Assembly: GCF_009914755.1 (NCBI RefSeq)
Contig: NC_060927.1
Source: the human T2T-CHM13v2.0 reference genome, Homo sapiens
Direction: 5' to 3' (one strand)
Length of the DNA stretch: 64,000 bases
Positions 14,341 to 25,926 of the stretch are shown piece by piece; the stretch's first letter is position 1, and each line of letters opens with the position of its first letter. The notes under the pieces are model-generated. The model was given only the letters and a program-made list of their open reading frames with translations, had not been told where the DNA came from and searched no databases. Position numbers and translations under genes: made by a program.

Positions 14341-14989
14341 CCTGTGCTGGTCACAGCCTTCTTTGCTCATCTCTCTTTACCTCAATGTGAAGATCAGTGA
14401 CAGACCCCCTGAGCAGGGAATGTTTTTTGAATTATAATGATGGAGACAAGTATCCTGTGTCTCAAATTGACAAGAAGTACTCCCCAGTCCTCAAAGCTCA
14501 GAGAGGCTTTCTTCAGGCATATCCAGTATTTCATTCTTTACTGTGTTGTGCCTTATCTGCTCTCTGTACATACAAGTAAGGAAAAGAGAAAATATATGCA
14601 GAAAATCATGTCCAGTAAGTTTTATTCCCCTTTGAAAGATTATATTTTGTCTTTTGAAAGTCTCTCTGTCTCTGTTCTTTTCAGCTATATTAAATATTTG
14701 TTTCCTTCGTTCTTGAATCTCATTTTCTTGAGGCTTATAGCAGCTCAGCAGTCTCTAAGGTCTCTTTTCCCTCATCCATACTCTCACTTCTCTATTTTTG
14801 ACTACTTTTGCAGGCCAGTAGGTATTTATTATGTCTCATTTGCTGTGGGAGACAGGCTCCACCCCATCCTACCATACTCCCAGACTTTATTCCTTTTAAC
14901 CATCTAACTAGCCATCCATTTGAGTCAGTTAGGACATGGAGACTTGAGAAATTTACATCCCTGGAAGGTGATTATGATATGTTGAATTT

Positions 14990-15398
14990 ATTTTTTAAAA
15001 CTTTTTTTACAAAATGACAAAAAATTGTGTATATTTAGGGGATACAATGTGATATTTTAATCTCTGTATACATTATAGAAAGAATCAATCAAGCTAGTTA
15101 ACATATCCATCACCTCACCAACTTATTTTATTGTGACAAGAACATTAAAAATCTATCCTTTTAGCAATTTTGAAATATGCAGTATGTTATTTTGAATAAC
15201 TGTAGTCATTATGCAGTGCAATAGAGATCAGCTTTTTAGATTCTACATAGAAATGAGATCATACATACTTGTCTTTCTGTGCCTAGCTTATTTCACTTAG
15301 CATGATGTCCTCCAGTTCCATCCACGTTGTTGGAAGGACAGAATTTCCTTCTGTTTGAAGGCTAGCTAGTAGTTCATTGGGTGTATATACCATATTTC
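14990..15398 (-). mobile_element. L1MA (L1MA8-like) 3' end with internal deletion
   Basis: aatcaagctagttaacatatccatcacctcacc...aaatgagatcatacatacttgtctttctgtgcctagcttatttcacttagcatgatgtcctccagttccatcc. Confidence 0.85.
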
Positions 15399-15439
15399 TA
15401 TGACAAACTCTGTCCTGCTTTGCAAGATTTTAAAAGGGA

Positions 15440-16652
15440 ATGTGCTTTAGAACAAGACACATTGAGATTTGGGTTCAAATCCTGTGACCTTGAGCCAGTT
15501 ACTTGCCTCGTTTATTCATTTAACAAATTTTGATTGAGCGTCTTCTATGTGCCAGGCATTGTGATGGGCACAAGCGATGCAGTTGTTTACAAGATTGACA
15601 TGGTCTTTGCCCTAATGAAGTTTATATTCTAGTTAGGGAAACCAGTGAAAAATAAATATTTAAATAAGTATTTACATCATAGTATAAAGAAGTAACACAG
15701 GGGTAATCTGTCAAGGGGGGCAGTGAAAACTATTTTTGAAACAATAGGTAAGCTGAGGCTCAAAGAATGAGTAGGAGTTAGCCAAACAGAGTATACAAGA
15801 GCATCACAGGCTAAAGGACAGCTTGCTCCAAGAACCCAAGTCAGGAAGGAACTTGAGACAAAAGAGGAACTGAAAAAAGTCAAGCTAGACTAGAGCCCAG
15901 TGAAAGAGAGGGAAGTAGAAAGATACAGAGGTAGTGAAGCCAGATTATACAGGGCCTTATAGGCACTGGCAAGAATCTTGGTCTTTTCTAAGAGCAATGA
16001 GTAACCATTGAAAGATTTTTTTAATGAGGTAAAAACTTGATTTGTATTTAAATCACTCTGATTATTGTACCTCATCACACAGTAGATGAGAGAAGGAAAC
16101 CAATGTGAAAAAGGCTGGTGCCATTTTTCAGGTGAGAGATGATGGTGGCAGTCAATGGAGTGGTTAATGGCTCCAAAACAGATTTAGGAGGTAGAGCTGA
16201 CAGGACTAGTGGCTCTCTGCTTTGGTGACATTGCAGAATAGTAGTGTCTCTGATGACTTCCATTTTTCTGATATGAGGTGCTGTTTCCTGAAGTTAAGAA
16301 CATTTAGAGGAGAGTCTAGCCTGGGCGTAGAGAGGACTAGATCCTAAGCTCAGTTTGGAACATGTTTGATCTGAGATGCTTGTGATATATCCAAGGGGAG
16401 ATGGTATGCAGGTAATTGTAAAAACAGATCTGGCGCTCACAAGAGATGTAGGCTAGAAATATAAATTGGATAACAGTTTATAGATTATATTTAAAGCTGC
16501 GAATATGACCTCTCGAAGCCTTAGTTGTTGCATCTATAACTTGGAAGTAATGATCTAGCTGTGCAAAGAGGTTGAAAGGGATGCGTACAGCACATAGCAC
16601 AGTATCTAGCTCATAGTAAGCACTCAATATATGGTAATTGCCATTATTACTA
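15440..16652 (+). mobile_element. MIR split in two by an L2 insertion
   Basis: 5' part gggttcaaatcctgtgaccttgagccagttactt (~15470-15505); resumes cctctcgaagccttagttgttgcatctataa...catagtaagcactcaata (~16508-16652). Confidence 0.65.
15510..16505 (-). mobile_element. L2a LINE 3' portion (~1 kb)
   Basis: ttattcatttaacaaattttgattgagcgtcttctatgtgccaggcattgtg is the reverse of the L2 3' end; internal gagcaatgagtaaccattgaaagatttt and cagtttggaacatgtttgatctgagatgcttgtgatatatccaagg. Confidence 0.85.
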
Positions 16653-16979
16653 TGTCTAGGAAAATCTCACAGCCTTATTCTCTGAGTTAGCACTAATTGA
16701 CAAAGAGGAGAGTGGAAAAGAGTGAATAAAGGAATGAACATAAATCTGTGAAAATATGTGTATAAAATCGAGATAAAACCATTAGCTTTCATTGTGCTGC
16801 TGTGTTAGAATTTTTTTTTTGTAATTTTTAATTCCCAGGCATCCCTCCTCTCGCAAACACCTCCTATAATTCTCCCCCTGAAAAATCAGGGGACTTCATT
16901 TATCTTAAATGGGACATTTGGACCCAAATGATTTCTGAGGCTGCCCCCAGGTTCTTCATCTTGGTGGGTTCTCATTATT

Positions 16980-17360
16980 GCTGCTGCAGTGACTGATTGA
17001 TTTGTTGAGAAATATCTGTCTAAATATTCTTCTGGTAACATTATTTTTAGGAAGGCAAAGCCTTTACATTTCCAGACGGCAGCTTTGCTGTGAATGTGGG
17101 GAAACCACAGAAAGCTGTAACACATTGCACATGTCAGCAAGGCCTTCTGGGCTTCTTGGCATTCCTAATGATGATAATGATCCCACTTGGTGGAGTCTGA
17201 CCCTCCCTGCAGCTGGTGTCCTTTCTGCGCAGGGATGAGGTCACTGGGGAAGGGGGAGGAGGCGGAGCTGGGGTGGATGAGAGAAGGGAAGGGGAAGAAG
17301 CTGTCACATCTGCATTCTTGGTGGAAAAATGGAAACATGTTTGCCACATGCTTGCTTTGT
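16980..17360. promoter_or_regulatory. Candidate enhancer: motif-dense repeat-free block
   Basis: TGATTGAT 16994-17001, TTATTTTTAG 17041-17050, AACCACA 17103-17109, AGGTCA 17238-17243, GC-box-like GAGGCGGAG 17259-17267, p53-family-like AAACATGTTT-g-CCACATGCTT 17333-17353. Confidence 0.4.
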
Positions 17361-18089
17361 TTGTTTATTTTTTAAGGAAAGGGTATGGAGAGGCAAGAGA
17401 ATAGTGAGGAATTGTAACATGATGACTGCTTGGTTTTCCCCCAAGGCTTCACAGCTAAATAGCTGTATTCTCAATAACAGGCTCATCAAATTTCCCAGGG
17501 CACTGATAACTCTATGAATCTAATCCTGAATACTTGAAACTGATCAGGGCCAGGATATTCCAGCGTTTGGATCCAGTAACTTCTTTAGAGTTGTGAAAAT
17601 TCCTAATTCTAGATAGTCCACTCCTCCTTATGCCTCAGACATGTCTTAAAAAGGGAAATTCAGAATTTGCAGAATTATTTTTATATTTGGCAATGTAGTT
17701 AAAAGTATCAGGTTGTTCACCTATTTCTCAAAGTTGTCACTGAAAGTAAACAACCTTTTTTTTTTTTTAAGTTTACTAGTAGTAGCCTAACTGGTAGATC
17801 ATAGTTTTATCTCTAGAGCTTGTTGTATATACAGAGATTATAAATCTAGAATTCCCCAACTCCCCCCAGGATTTGGGATTGTTGTTACAATTGGTTGTTG
17901 TTGATGTTTTTGTGAGGAGAGAGGTTAGCAAAAGAGGGGTCCTGTTGTCATTACAGGGAATGACCTGGCCTGGGCAAAATCACAACCAACCACTTGGCCA
18001 TCTCAGCTCCAGGTAATAGAAATAAGTCAGCGCTGACAGAAGTGAGAAAAATACTCAAAATGCTCTCAAGATGGTTTTGAACCCTTCAA

Positions 18090-18180
18090 ACCTGATAAGG
18101 CCAGGTCTGATTAGCCTTTGTATCTTCAATACCTCAGCCAGGGCCTAATAGATAGTAAGTGCTCAGTGAGTGGTGAGTGG
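18090..18180 (+). mobile_element. L2 3' end fragment
   Basis: ctttgtatcttcaatacctcagccagggcctaatagatagtaagtgctcagtga. Confidence 0.55.
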
Positions 18181-18409
18181 CCAAGTAACCCAGTTTTCCT
18201 ATTTTCCATGGTTCAGGACTACTGTTGGTAGGCAGAACAAATGACCATGAGTAATTAGGTAGAGGGAAAAAATATTTCCTCCTAAATCATGGAGAAAGAG
18301 GCTGTTATTTAAGTAAATATAATAATTGACTATCAACAGTGCTCCCGACTTGAGTTTTCAAGATAAAATGTAAAGGGTATTGTCCTCAGGTTTTGAAGGT
18401 CCAAAACTG

Positions 18410-18570
18410 CTAAATGTTTAGCCATTGAAGTTTTCTAACCTAAATTTCCTTGTTGGTAAAATGGGTATAATACTTTCTCTGCCTACCTTTCTAGGGTTAT
18501 TTTCAGGATTAAATGCTTTTAAGGAAGTGAAACTAGTAAAAACTATCGGAGGGAAGTGTTGTTATTTTCT
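18410..18570 (+). mobile_element. MIR fragment
   Basis: tttccttgttggtaaaatgggtataatac...gcctacctttctagggttattttcaggattaaatg. Confidence 0.65.
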
Positions 18571-20721
18571 TCTTTTGAGAACAATATATCTTTAAACATT
18601 TTTAGAAGAAAAAAAGGTTTTGAATTCCTTGAAGAAAAGGTGCTTCCAAAGCATATTTATTGATGCTATTATTGTAAATCCCTCTTTAAGCTTCATGCAT
18701 TTAAAAATTAATGACAACTCTCCTCTTCCTTTCTGGAAAGCTTTTATGACTTAACTCCAAATTCTATGTGTTTAAAAAAACTAAAGTATCATGTCCTCCT
18801 TAAAGAATACCATTATTATTCATAACCTCTGAAACCAGCGAGGGTCATAAAGCTACTGACTGCGAATGATTAAGTGGCCACAAATAAAACACTGGTATTA
18901 CCACATGTAAATTCTTTCCCTGCAGTTTATGCCTCCGCAAACAGTGATTCAACTGCAGGTGTCTGTCAAGAGACAGTAGAGTTTTGTCCTTCTGGAAGCC
19001 TCACTGTATGTGAAGTCAAGAAACAATGCCCCTGCCACTGTCTAGCTATAGCCTCAATCAAATCATTTCACCTCTCTTAGCCTCTGCTTCCTCTTTTAAC
19101 TGACAGGGCATTCAGTGGCTGTGCGTCTGGGCCTCACTGCTCTCCCCAGAAGGCATTTGAAAAAAAAAAGGAAGGCATTTTTGGTTGTCAAAATGACAGG
19201 GTGGGCGAAAAATGATAGGATGGAGGTAGCTTCTGGCACTTAGTAGGCAAATTTTCTATGGTGAGTTGAGCAGACTCATGAAAGAACGAATTGTCCCTCC
19301 TATAGTGTAAATATACCCTCCTAAGAAACACTGGGCCATAGCTTGTGAAAGTGAAAGGGTTTAAATTAGTAGTAAGGGACTGTCCCAGGCAAGCTGGCAT
19401 ATAGGGGCCAAACAGCCACAATCCAAGTCCACTTGTGCTTGCATTGTCTTCCTGCATTCTGGCCCTGTTTGCCCCACAAATGACCAGGTCCCAAGCTCTG
19501 CTGAACAGCCCTCAGGGAAGGGGACAGATAGGTCCAGACCAAATCCTTCCACTGTCTTTATTTTACTAGGAAAACTAGCAATAGACTTAAAGTTAACTCA
19601 CTTGTTTATCCCTTAATTTGGTTATGCTTTAGTCCCAGAGGCCCCTCATTTCTCCCCTTTCCAGACCTTCAGAGCCTTCGGCACTGCCAGCCCTCAAGTA
19701 TGGCAGCTGCTTGAAGCATTTGCTTGGGGTGAGTTGGGGAAAGAGGAGGAAGAGTAGAGCCAGCTCTTCCCTGCAGCTGTGGCTAACCGAGGCAAGCTGT
19801 GACACGGAGCTCACTCCATCTCAGTCAGAGCCCACCCTGAAGCCATATCTGTGGGTGCAAAGTTATTGTGACACAACCCACCACACAGTGTCAGGGGAGA
19901 AACTGAGCATGGTAATTGAGGTGCCAGGTGATTCTTGCACCACTTTTTTGGACTGCCATTTAGAGAGGGAAAATAAAAGCCAAATCAGGAATCATTTCCA
20001 CTCTGTTAACATCTCACTAAAGGAAGCAATCAAGTCCCGGTGGGTTTTATGTTTCTCAGCCCCTGTACATGGACAAAGACTGGGATTCCAGATTTTCCTA
20101 ACTAGCCCTAGGTTTTTCTCCTAGGACATTTTCTTTCTGCTTCTAAAATTGTATTTTACTCTTTAAAAAAAAATCTGTTGTGCAGAATTATATAAGGTTG
20201 ATATGATGGCCTAGACTGATTGCTTAAATATGGACTTGGACAGTTATGGAAAAGCACTTTTGTTTGTGTCATGGAATTAAAGTTACCACACACACAATTG
20301 TCTATTTTCAAACCTAATGGATTACATCTTATATGAATAAAAGAGTATAGCAAACAAAAGGGCATAAAATTTTTATGCCAGAAACAAAGTCGATGTCTGA
20401 ATTTAACTGGAAAAAAACTGTAGAAATTTGTGTCTGACAATTGCAAACAGTTCTCTTTCCTTGTTTTTTCTTTTACCTTCTCTCCTTACTATTTGAAGTT
20501 ATACCTTTGGGAACACATATCTTCTCTACATTATAGAAACGTGGCAATAAATCATGGTAACAAATAAACTGTTCTCTTGTTTCATTTATCATCTGTTTTT
20601 GAGGTTTGAGCATACTCAACAAAGATTAGAGGTTAGACTATTGCTCTTCTAGCTTGTTATGAAACCCTAGGGTCTTACCGAACTTACCAAAGTCGATGAA
20701 GGATTAATTTGGGGAGAGCTT

Positions 20722-20814
20722 TTTAAAAAATCACTCAGCATTATAAGGGAGGTTAATATGGCACTAGAGTGTCATATTTTTAAGAGGGAGTCTTCTTTTT
20801 ATTGATTGATCTAT
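20722..20814 (+). repeat. Inverted repeat arm 1 (~93 bp)
   Basis: tttaaaaaatcactcagcattataagggaggttaatatggcactagagtgtcatatttttaagagggagtcttctttttattgattgatctat; reverse complement of 21520-21611 with 9 substitutions + 1 indel. Confidence 0.95.
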
Positions 20815-21400
20815 TTATACCTCACTTCCAAAACATATGCAGTACAGAAAATTAAAATAATTCATTGAGGGAATAAAAGTGATTAGAATATAAAGCCAGA
20901 GATAATAGTGAGAAACAGAAATAAGTTGACCCTTGAACAACATGGTTTTGAACTCTGTCGACTTCTGCCATTCCTGAGACAGCAAGAGCAACCCTTCTTC
21001 CTCCTCCTTCTCAGCCTACTTGAAGAATAATGAATAGTAAATATATTTTCTTAACAAATAGTAAATGTACTTTCTCTTCCTTATGATTGTCTTCTAACAT
21101 TTTCTTTTCTCTAGCTCACTTTATTGTAAGACTACTGTTTATAATATATATACAACATACAAAATACTTGTTAATTGACTTTTTATTTTATCAATAAGGC
21201 TTCTGGTCAACAGTAAGCTACTAGTAGTTAAGTTTGGGGGGAGTCAAAAGTTATATGCGATTTTCAACTGCACAGAGGGTCAGTGACCCTAACTTCTGAG
21301 TTGTTCAAAGGACCATATACTGTGTGGTTCTTTACGGTTATTAGAAGTTAATCACTATTTAGCTCTAAGCTTCCTAGTGGCCTAAGTGAAAAGGAACATG
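20796..21400 (-). mobile_element. L4 (RTE-X)-like fragment interrupted by Tigger2a
   Basis: tttattgattgatctatttatacctcacttccaaaa (reverse RTE-X-like tail) and agctctaagcttcctagtggcctaagtgaaaaggaac. Confidence 0.45.
20923..21318. mobile_element. Tigger2a (MER28) TcMar-Tigger DNA transposon, internally deleted
   Basis: TIRs agttgacccttgaacaa ... ttgttcaaaggacc; internal cctgagacagcaagagcaacccttcttcctcctccttctcagcctact and aagtttggggggagtcaaaagttatatgcgattttcaactg. Confidence 0.85.
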
Positions 21401-21519
21401 CTTTTTTAATCACACAGACTCACCTGTGGAATGAATCTATTAAGGGCATCATGGGGTAGTGTTCGGGGGCAAATTTTTAAAATTTGTTTATTTACCAGCA
21501 TTTCTGGTAGATCAGTTTC

Positions 21520-21611
21520 ATAGATCAATAAATAAAAAGAAGAATCCTTCTTAAAAATATGACACTGTGGTGCTGTATTAACCTCCCTTATAACTCTGAG
21601 TGATTTTTAAA
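21520..21611 (-). repeat. Inverted repeat arm 2 (~92 bp)
   Basis: atagatcaataaataaaaagaagaatccttcttaaaaatatgacactgtggtgctgtattaacctcccttataactctgagtgatttttaaa. Confidence 0.95.
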
Positions 21612-21822
21612 TGTGCCCTCTAATGAGTCAGGAACTTACACAGAGAGGGAGTTTGGGCAATATCAGAGAAAGCCATATCTTTTTTAGATTTATGTGAAAT
21701 GCTCAGTATGAAAATTTTAAATCTCTTAAAATTGATTATAAAATGTTTTAATGCTAAAATAGAATGCTTATCTGATTATGGTAAGATCCAAATTAGATCA
21801 TAGTCATTTTCTGTTTTTTTAG

Positions 21823-22399
<577 letters not shown>

Positions 22400-22688
22400 T
22401 AAATTTATTTTTAAACCATCATTTGAATAATATATACTTATTATAAAGACAGTTGTTAAGATCAGTGAAACCCTTTCCATAAGTCAGAAATTTAAATGGA
22501 TCACAATTCTTCTCTGTGAGTCCAGCTTCTTATTTTTTCCGATATTCTGTTTTGTTACAGGTTTTTAAAACTCATTTGGACACCCACCTCAATATATGCT
22601 GTGCAATTAGAATAATCCAGAAGACTGAAAGAGTAGTAAATAATTTTATTTCAAAATTTAATAATATAAACCAATGGCTTATATTTCT

Positions 22689-23131
22689 TTTTATATATAT
22701 ATATTTTAAGTTTTAGGGTACATGTGCACAATGTGCAGGTTAGTTACATATGTATACATGTGCCATGTTGGTGTGCTGCACTCATTAACTCGTCATTTAA
22801 CATTAGGTATATCTCCTAATGCTAACCCTCCCCCCTCCCCCCACCCCACAACAGGCCCCGGTGTGTGATGTTCCCCTTCCTATGTCCATGTGTTCTCATT
22901 GTTCATTTCCCACCTATGAGTGAGAACATGCAGTGTTTGGTTTTTTGTCCTTGCGATAGTTTGCTGAGAATGATGGTTTTCAGCTTCATCCATGTCCCTA
23001 CAAAGGACATGAACTCATCCTTTTTATGGCTGCATAGTATTCCATGGTGTACATGTGCCACATTTTCTTAATCTAGTCGATCATTGTTGGACATTTGGCT
23101 TGGTTCCAAGTCTTTGCTATTGTGAATAGTG
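22689..23131 (-). mobile_element. L1PA3-like 5'-truncated LINE-1 3' end
   Basis: ttttagggtacatgtgcacaatgtgcaggttagttacatatg...ccccacaacaggccccggtgtgtgatgttcccc; perfect 18-bp TSD ccaatggcttatatttct at 22671-22688 and 23132-23149. Confidence 0.95.
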
Positions 23132-23159
23132 CCAATGGCTTATATTTCTAAAAACAAAC

Positions 23160-23335
23160 ATTTTATTATATATATTTTTTATAGTATAAGTATATAATTT
23201 AATGTAATATATTTTATATGTCATATATTTATTAATATGTGTTATTAAAATATATGTTTATAATATGAAGTATATTATATAAAATATTTTATGTATTTAT
23301 ACATAAATATAAATGTGATAAATATAAAATATTTC
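23160..23335. repeat. TA-rich low-complexity tract
   Basis: ~175 bp almost entirely A/T with degenerate (TA)n. Confidence 0.85.
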
Positions 23336-24531
23336 AAGCAAGAAACACATGCAATTTACCAACTCACCCTTAAATGATCTATATTATTATGTCATATGTG
23401 TTATTTGTCACATGTTATTTAGGCTACTAATGGGCATAATTTGTGATCTGAGAGTTCAGTTCCTTTAGAACTGACTAGGACCCCATGATGCACACTTATA
23501 ATAGGCAAATGAGTTCAAGCTTTTCTTGACATGTAATTGACTATGGCATATGTGGGCTATACTAATACACTCCATTGGAGTTTTGCATGAGCAGACATGG
23601 CACAGTCCAGAAACGAATAAAAAACTAATGCAGAGCAATAACCTTCTTATTGAATGGCACATTTATGAGAGATTCACTTCTCTGCACCAAAATTCCAGGG
23701 GGAACTTTTGTTCCAAGGTCTGAGGGGTAGTAGTGGTGGTGATGGTAGTGGTGTATCCGTGTGCATGTCCTATTAGAACTGAGTGCACCCAGTTGGAGGA
23801 TGGGTCTTATGGCACCATTTGTGTTATTATTGTGGTTTTATTAACTGAACCTCTAAGTGAAACTGATGAAGTCTGTCCTCCATTTTCTTGGGCATACATT
23901 AGCAATTCAATGCTAGTATAGGAAAGAGGGCCTGAGACATGAAGATAGCTCAGGAGCAAGTATTAACACTGAGAATCCATGGGTAAGTTAATGCAATGTT
24001 TCTTTCTATAACCACATTTTAAGATAAGTATATTCTAAAATTTTACAAAGGCAAGGTGGAAGGTACCTTCCCCAACCTCATGTAAACCAGTTGTTTGAGT
24101 ATATACTGTATAAGGTAAACTTTCTGGATATGATACAAGATAAAGTTATAAATAAATTCATATTTGATCTTGTTTTTAAATATGTAAATATCCTTAAGTG
24201 CCTTGTTATTATTTTCTAGGATTTGTTTTTTCACAGGAATTTTTAAAACCTGTAATATATAATTTCCCCTAAATAAGATGAAATTTAGTTCATCCCTGGG
24301 ATAAATGCTCTGTATATCACCTGTGGAGTTGTTCGCCTGCTCTCCCTTTGGTTACCAGTCATTATTTCTTATTTCTATTCTCTCCTGAAACAAGGGTGCT
24401 CCTTGTTGACAGTATGCTTCCTGTGCCTTTATCTCTTAAACCCTATATATTGCTCCAATTTGGGGCATAGTTGTAAGTCATTGTATAATTCACCATAGCA
24501 AGCCTTCTGCCCCAGAAGTGTCTTGAAAAGA

Positions 24532-24989
24532 CACAGTTTCCTAGGACTGCCATAACAGATTACCACAAATTGGGTGATTTATAATAACAAGAATATATAC
24601 TCTCACAGTTCTAGAGGCTAGAAGTTTGAAATCAAAGTGTCAGCAGGGCTATGCTTCCTTCAAAGGCCGTAGGGAAGAATACTTTCTTGCTTTTTGTAGC
24701 TTCTGGTGCTTGCCAACAGTCCTTGGCATTCCTTGGCTTGTGGCAGCATAACTCCCAAATCTGCCGCTGTCTTTACATAGTTGTCTTCCCTCGTTGTGTC
24801 TGTATCCAAATTTCTGTCTTCTCATGAGGACACCAGTCACTGGATTGGGGCCTACCCTAATCCAGTTTGACCTCATCTTAACTTGATTACGTCAGCAAAG
24901 ACCCTATTTCCAAATATAGTCACATTCACAGGTTTTGCTAGGTGCATAAATTTGGGGGAGTGGGGAGAATGGGTATTCAACCTGGTACA
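24532..24989 (-). mobile_element. MLT1C-like solo LTR (ERVL-MaLR)
   Basis: agtttcctaggactgccataacagattaccacaaattgggtg...ctcacagttctagaggctagaag...gacctcatcttaacttgattac...tattcaacctggtaca. Confidence 0.9.
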
Positions 24990-25526
24990 GCCAGTAAGAA
25001 TCTTACTACATTCTCTCATTTCTCTGAGCATTTAGGGGTCTACACTTGAGCATTCTGTTTGTTTTCACTGTGTTATCTTTCTTACCTGGAAATCTATCCA
25101 AAGCCACAGAAACCCTAACTAATCAATTCTTTAGTGACTGCCACAACACATGCTGAGTCTGTATTATTTTATAAAACTGCCCCCTGGGGCCAGATTTTGT
25201 TCTCCATTATTCATATGCAGCTTCCTACTAGAATCAAAGTAAATTGCATCCAAGTGTTTCCAAGCATTGACTCTGGCCCACACTTCTTCCCAAATTCTAT
25301 ACTTTGTTCTTTGTATATCTGGACATTCGGCTTACTTAAAAGTATGTAATATTCTCCCCAAGGCTTTGAAGAGCTACATTATTTCCAAATCTTTTACCAC
25401 TTGAGCTTCCCTAGTATTGTAAAAGCTGGCCAAGGGTCAAACATTTGTGTGCTTTCAAGATAGCATGTAGTGTTTAAATCCCTTCCTTAACCAAAGTTGC
25501 CATTGTACTGTGAAGGAGGTTCAGAG

Positions 25527-25926
25527 CAAAGGTCACAAACTAACCGAGACATCACATTCCCCCTTCCCTCTTGATATGTTCTCTTTGACTTGCTTGATGG
25601 TTTTTTGAAAGAACATGAGTTAGTTGCTAGTAATAGCAAATTTCACAAAGAAATTGAGATATCTGGCTTTTCTTGAAAGCTCAGATCTGGAAAACCTAGG
25701 CCTACATTCTTGTAGCTGGCCAGAGCTGGGGAGTGGCTGTCCCGTCAAGTGGAGCACGTACTCTTGCCTGCACCATGAGCCAGTCTGACCTGCTTCGTTC
25801 ATTATATTATGTTATGTTTTGTTATGTTATGTTATGTTATGTTATGTTATGTTATGTTATGTTATGTTATGTCATGTTATGTTGTTACCTACCTGCCCCT
25901 GTTGGCATTTGAACTATCCACTCCTG
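25527..25926. mobile_element. MER102-like hAT-Charlie element containing a microsatellite
   Basis: caaaggtcacaaac start; atctggcttttcttgaaagctcagatctgg; ends gttacctacctgcccctgttggcatttgaac...cctg. Confidence 0.7.
25801..25883. repeat. (GTTAT)n pentanucleotide microsatellite, ~16 units
   Basis: gttatgttatgttat... with a few variant units. Confidence 0.95.

Noticed and set aside
14437-14907. 156-aa ORF
   Set aside because: Composition reflects T-rich DNA; no homology recognised and no promoter or splice support
19711-20124. 137-aa ORF
   Set aside because: TTG start, no recognisable family; length is within chance for 64 kb x 6 frames
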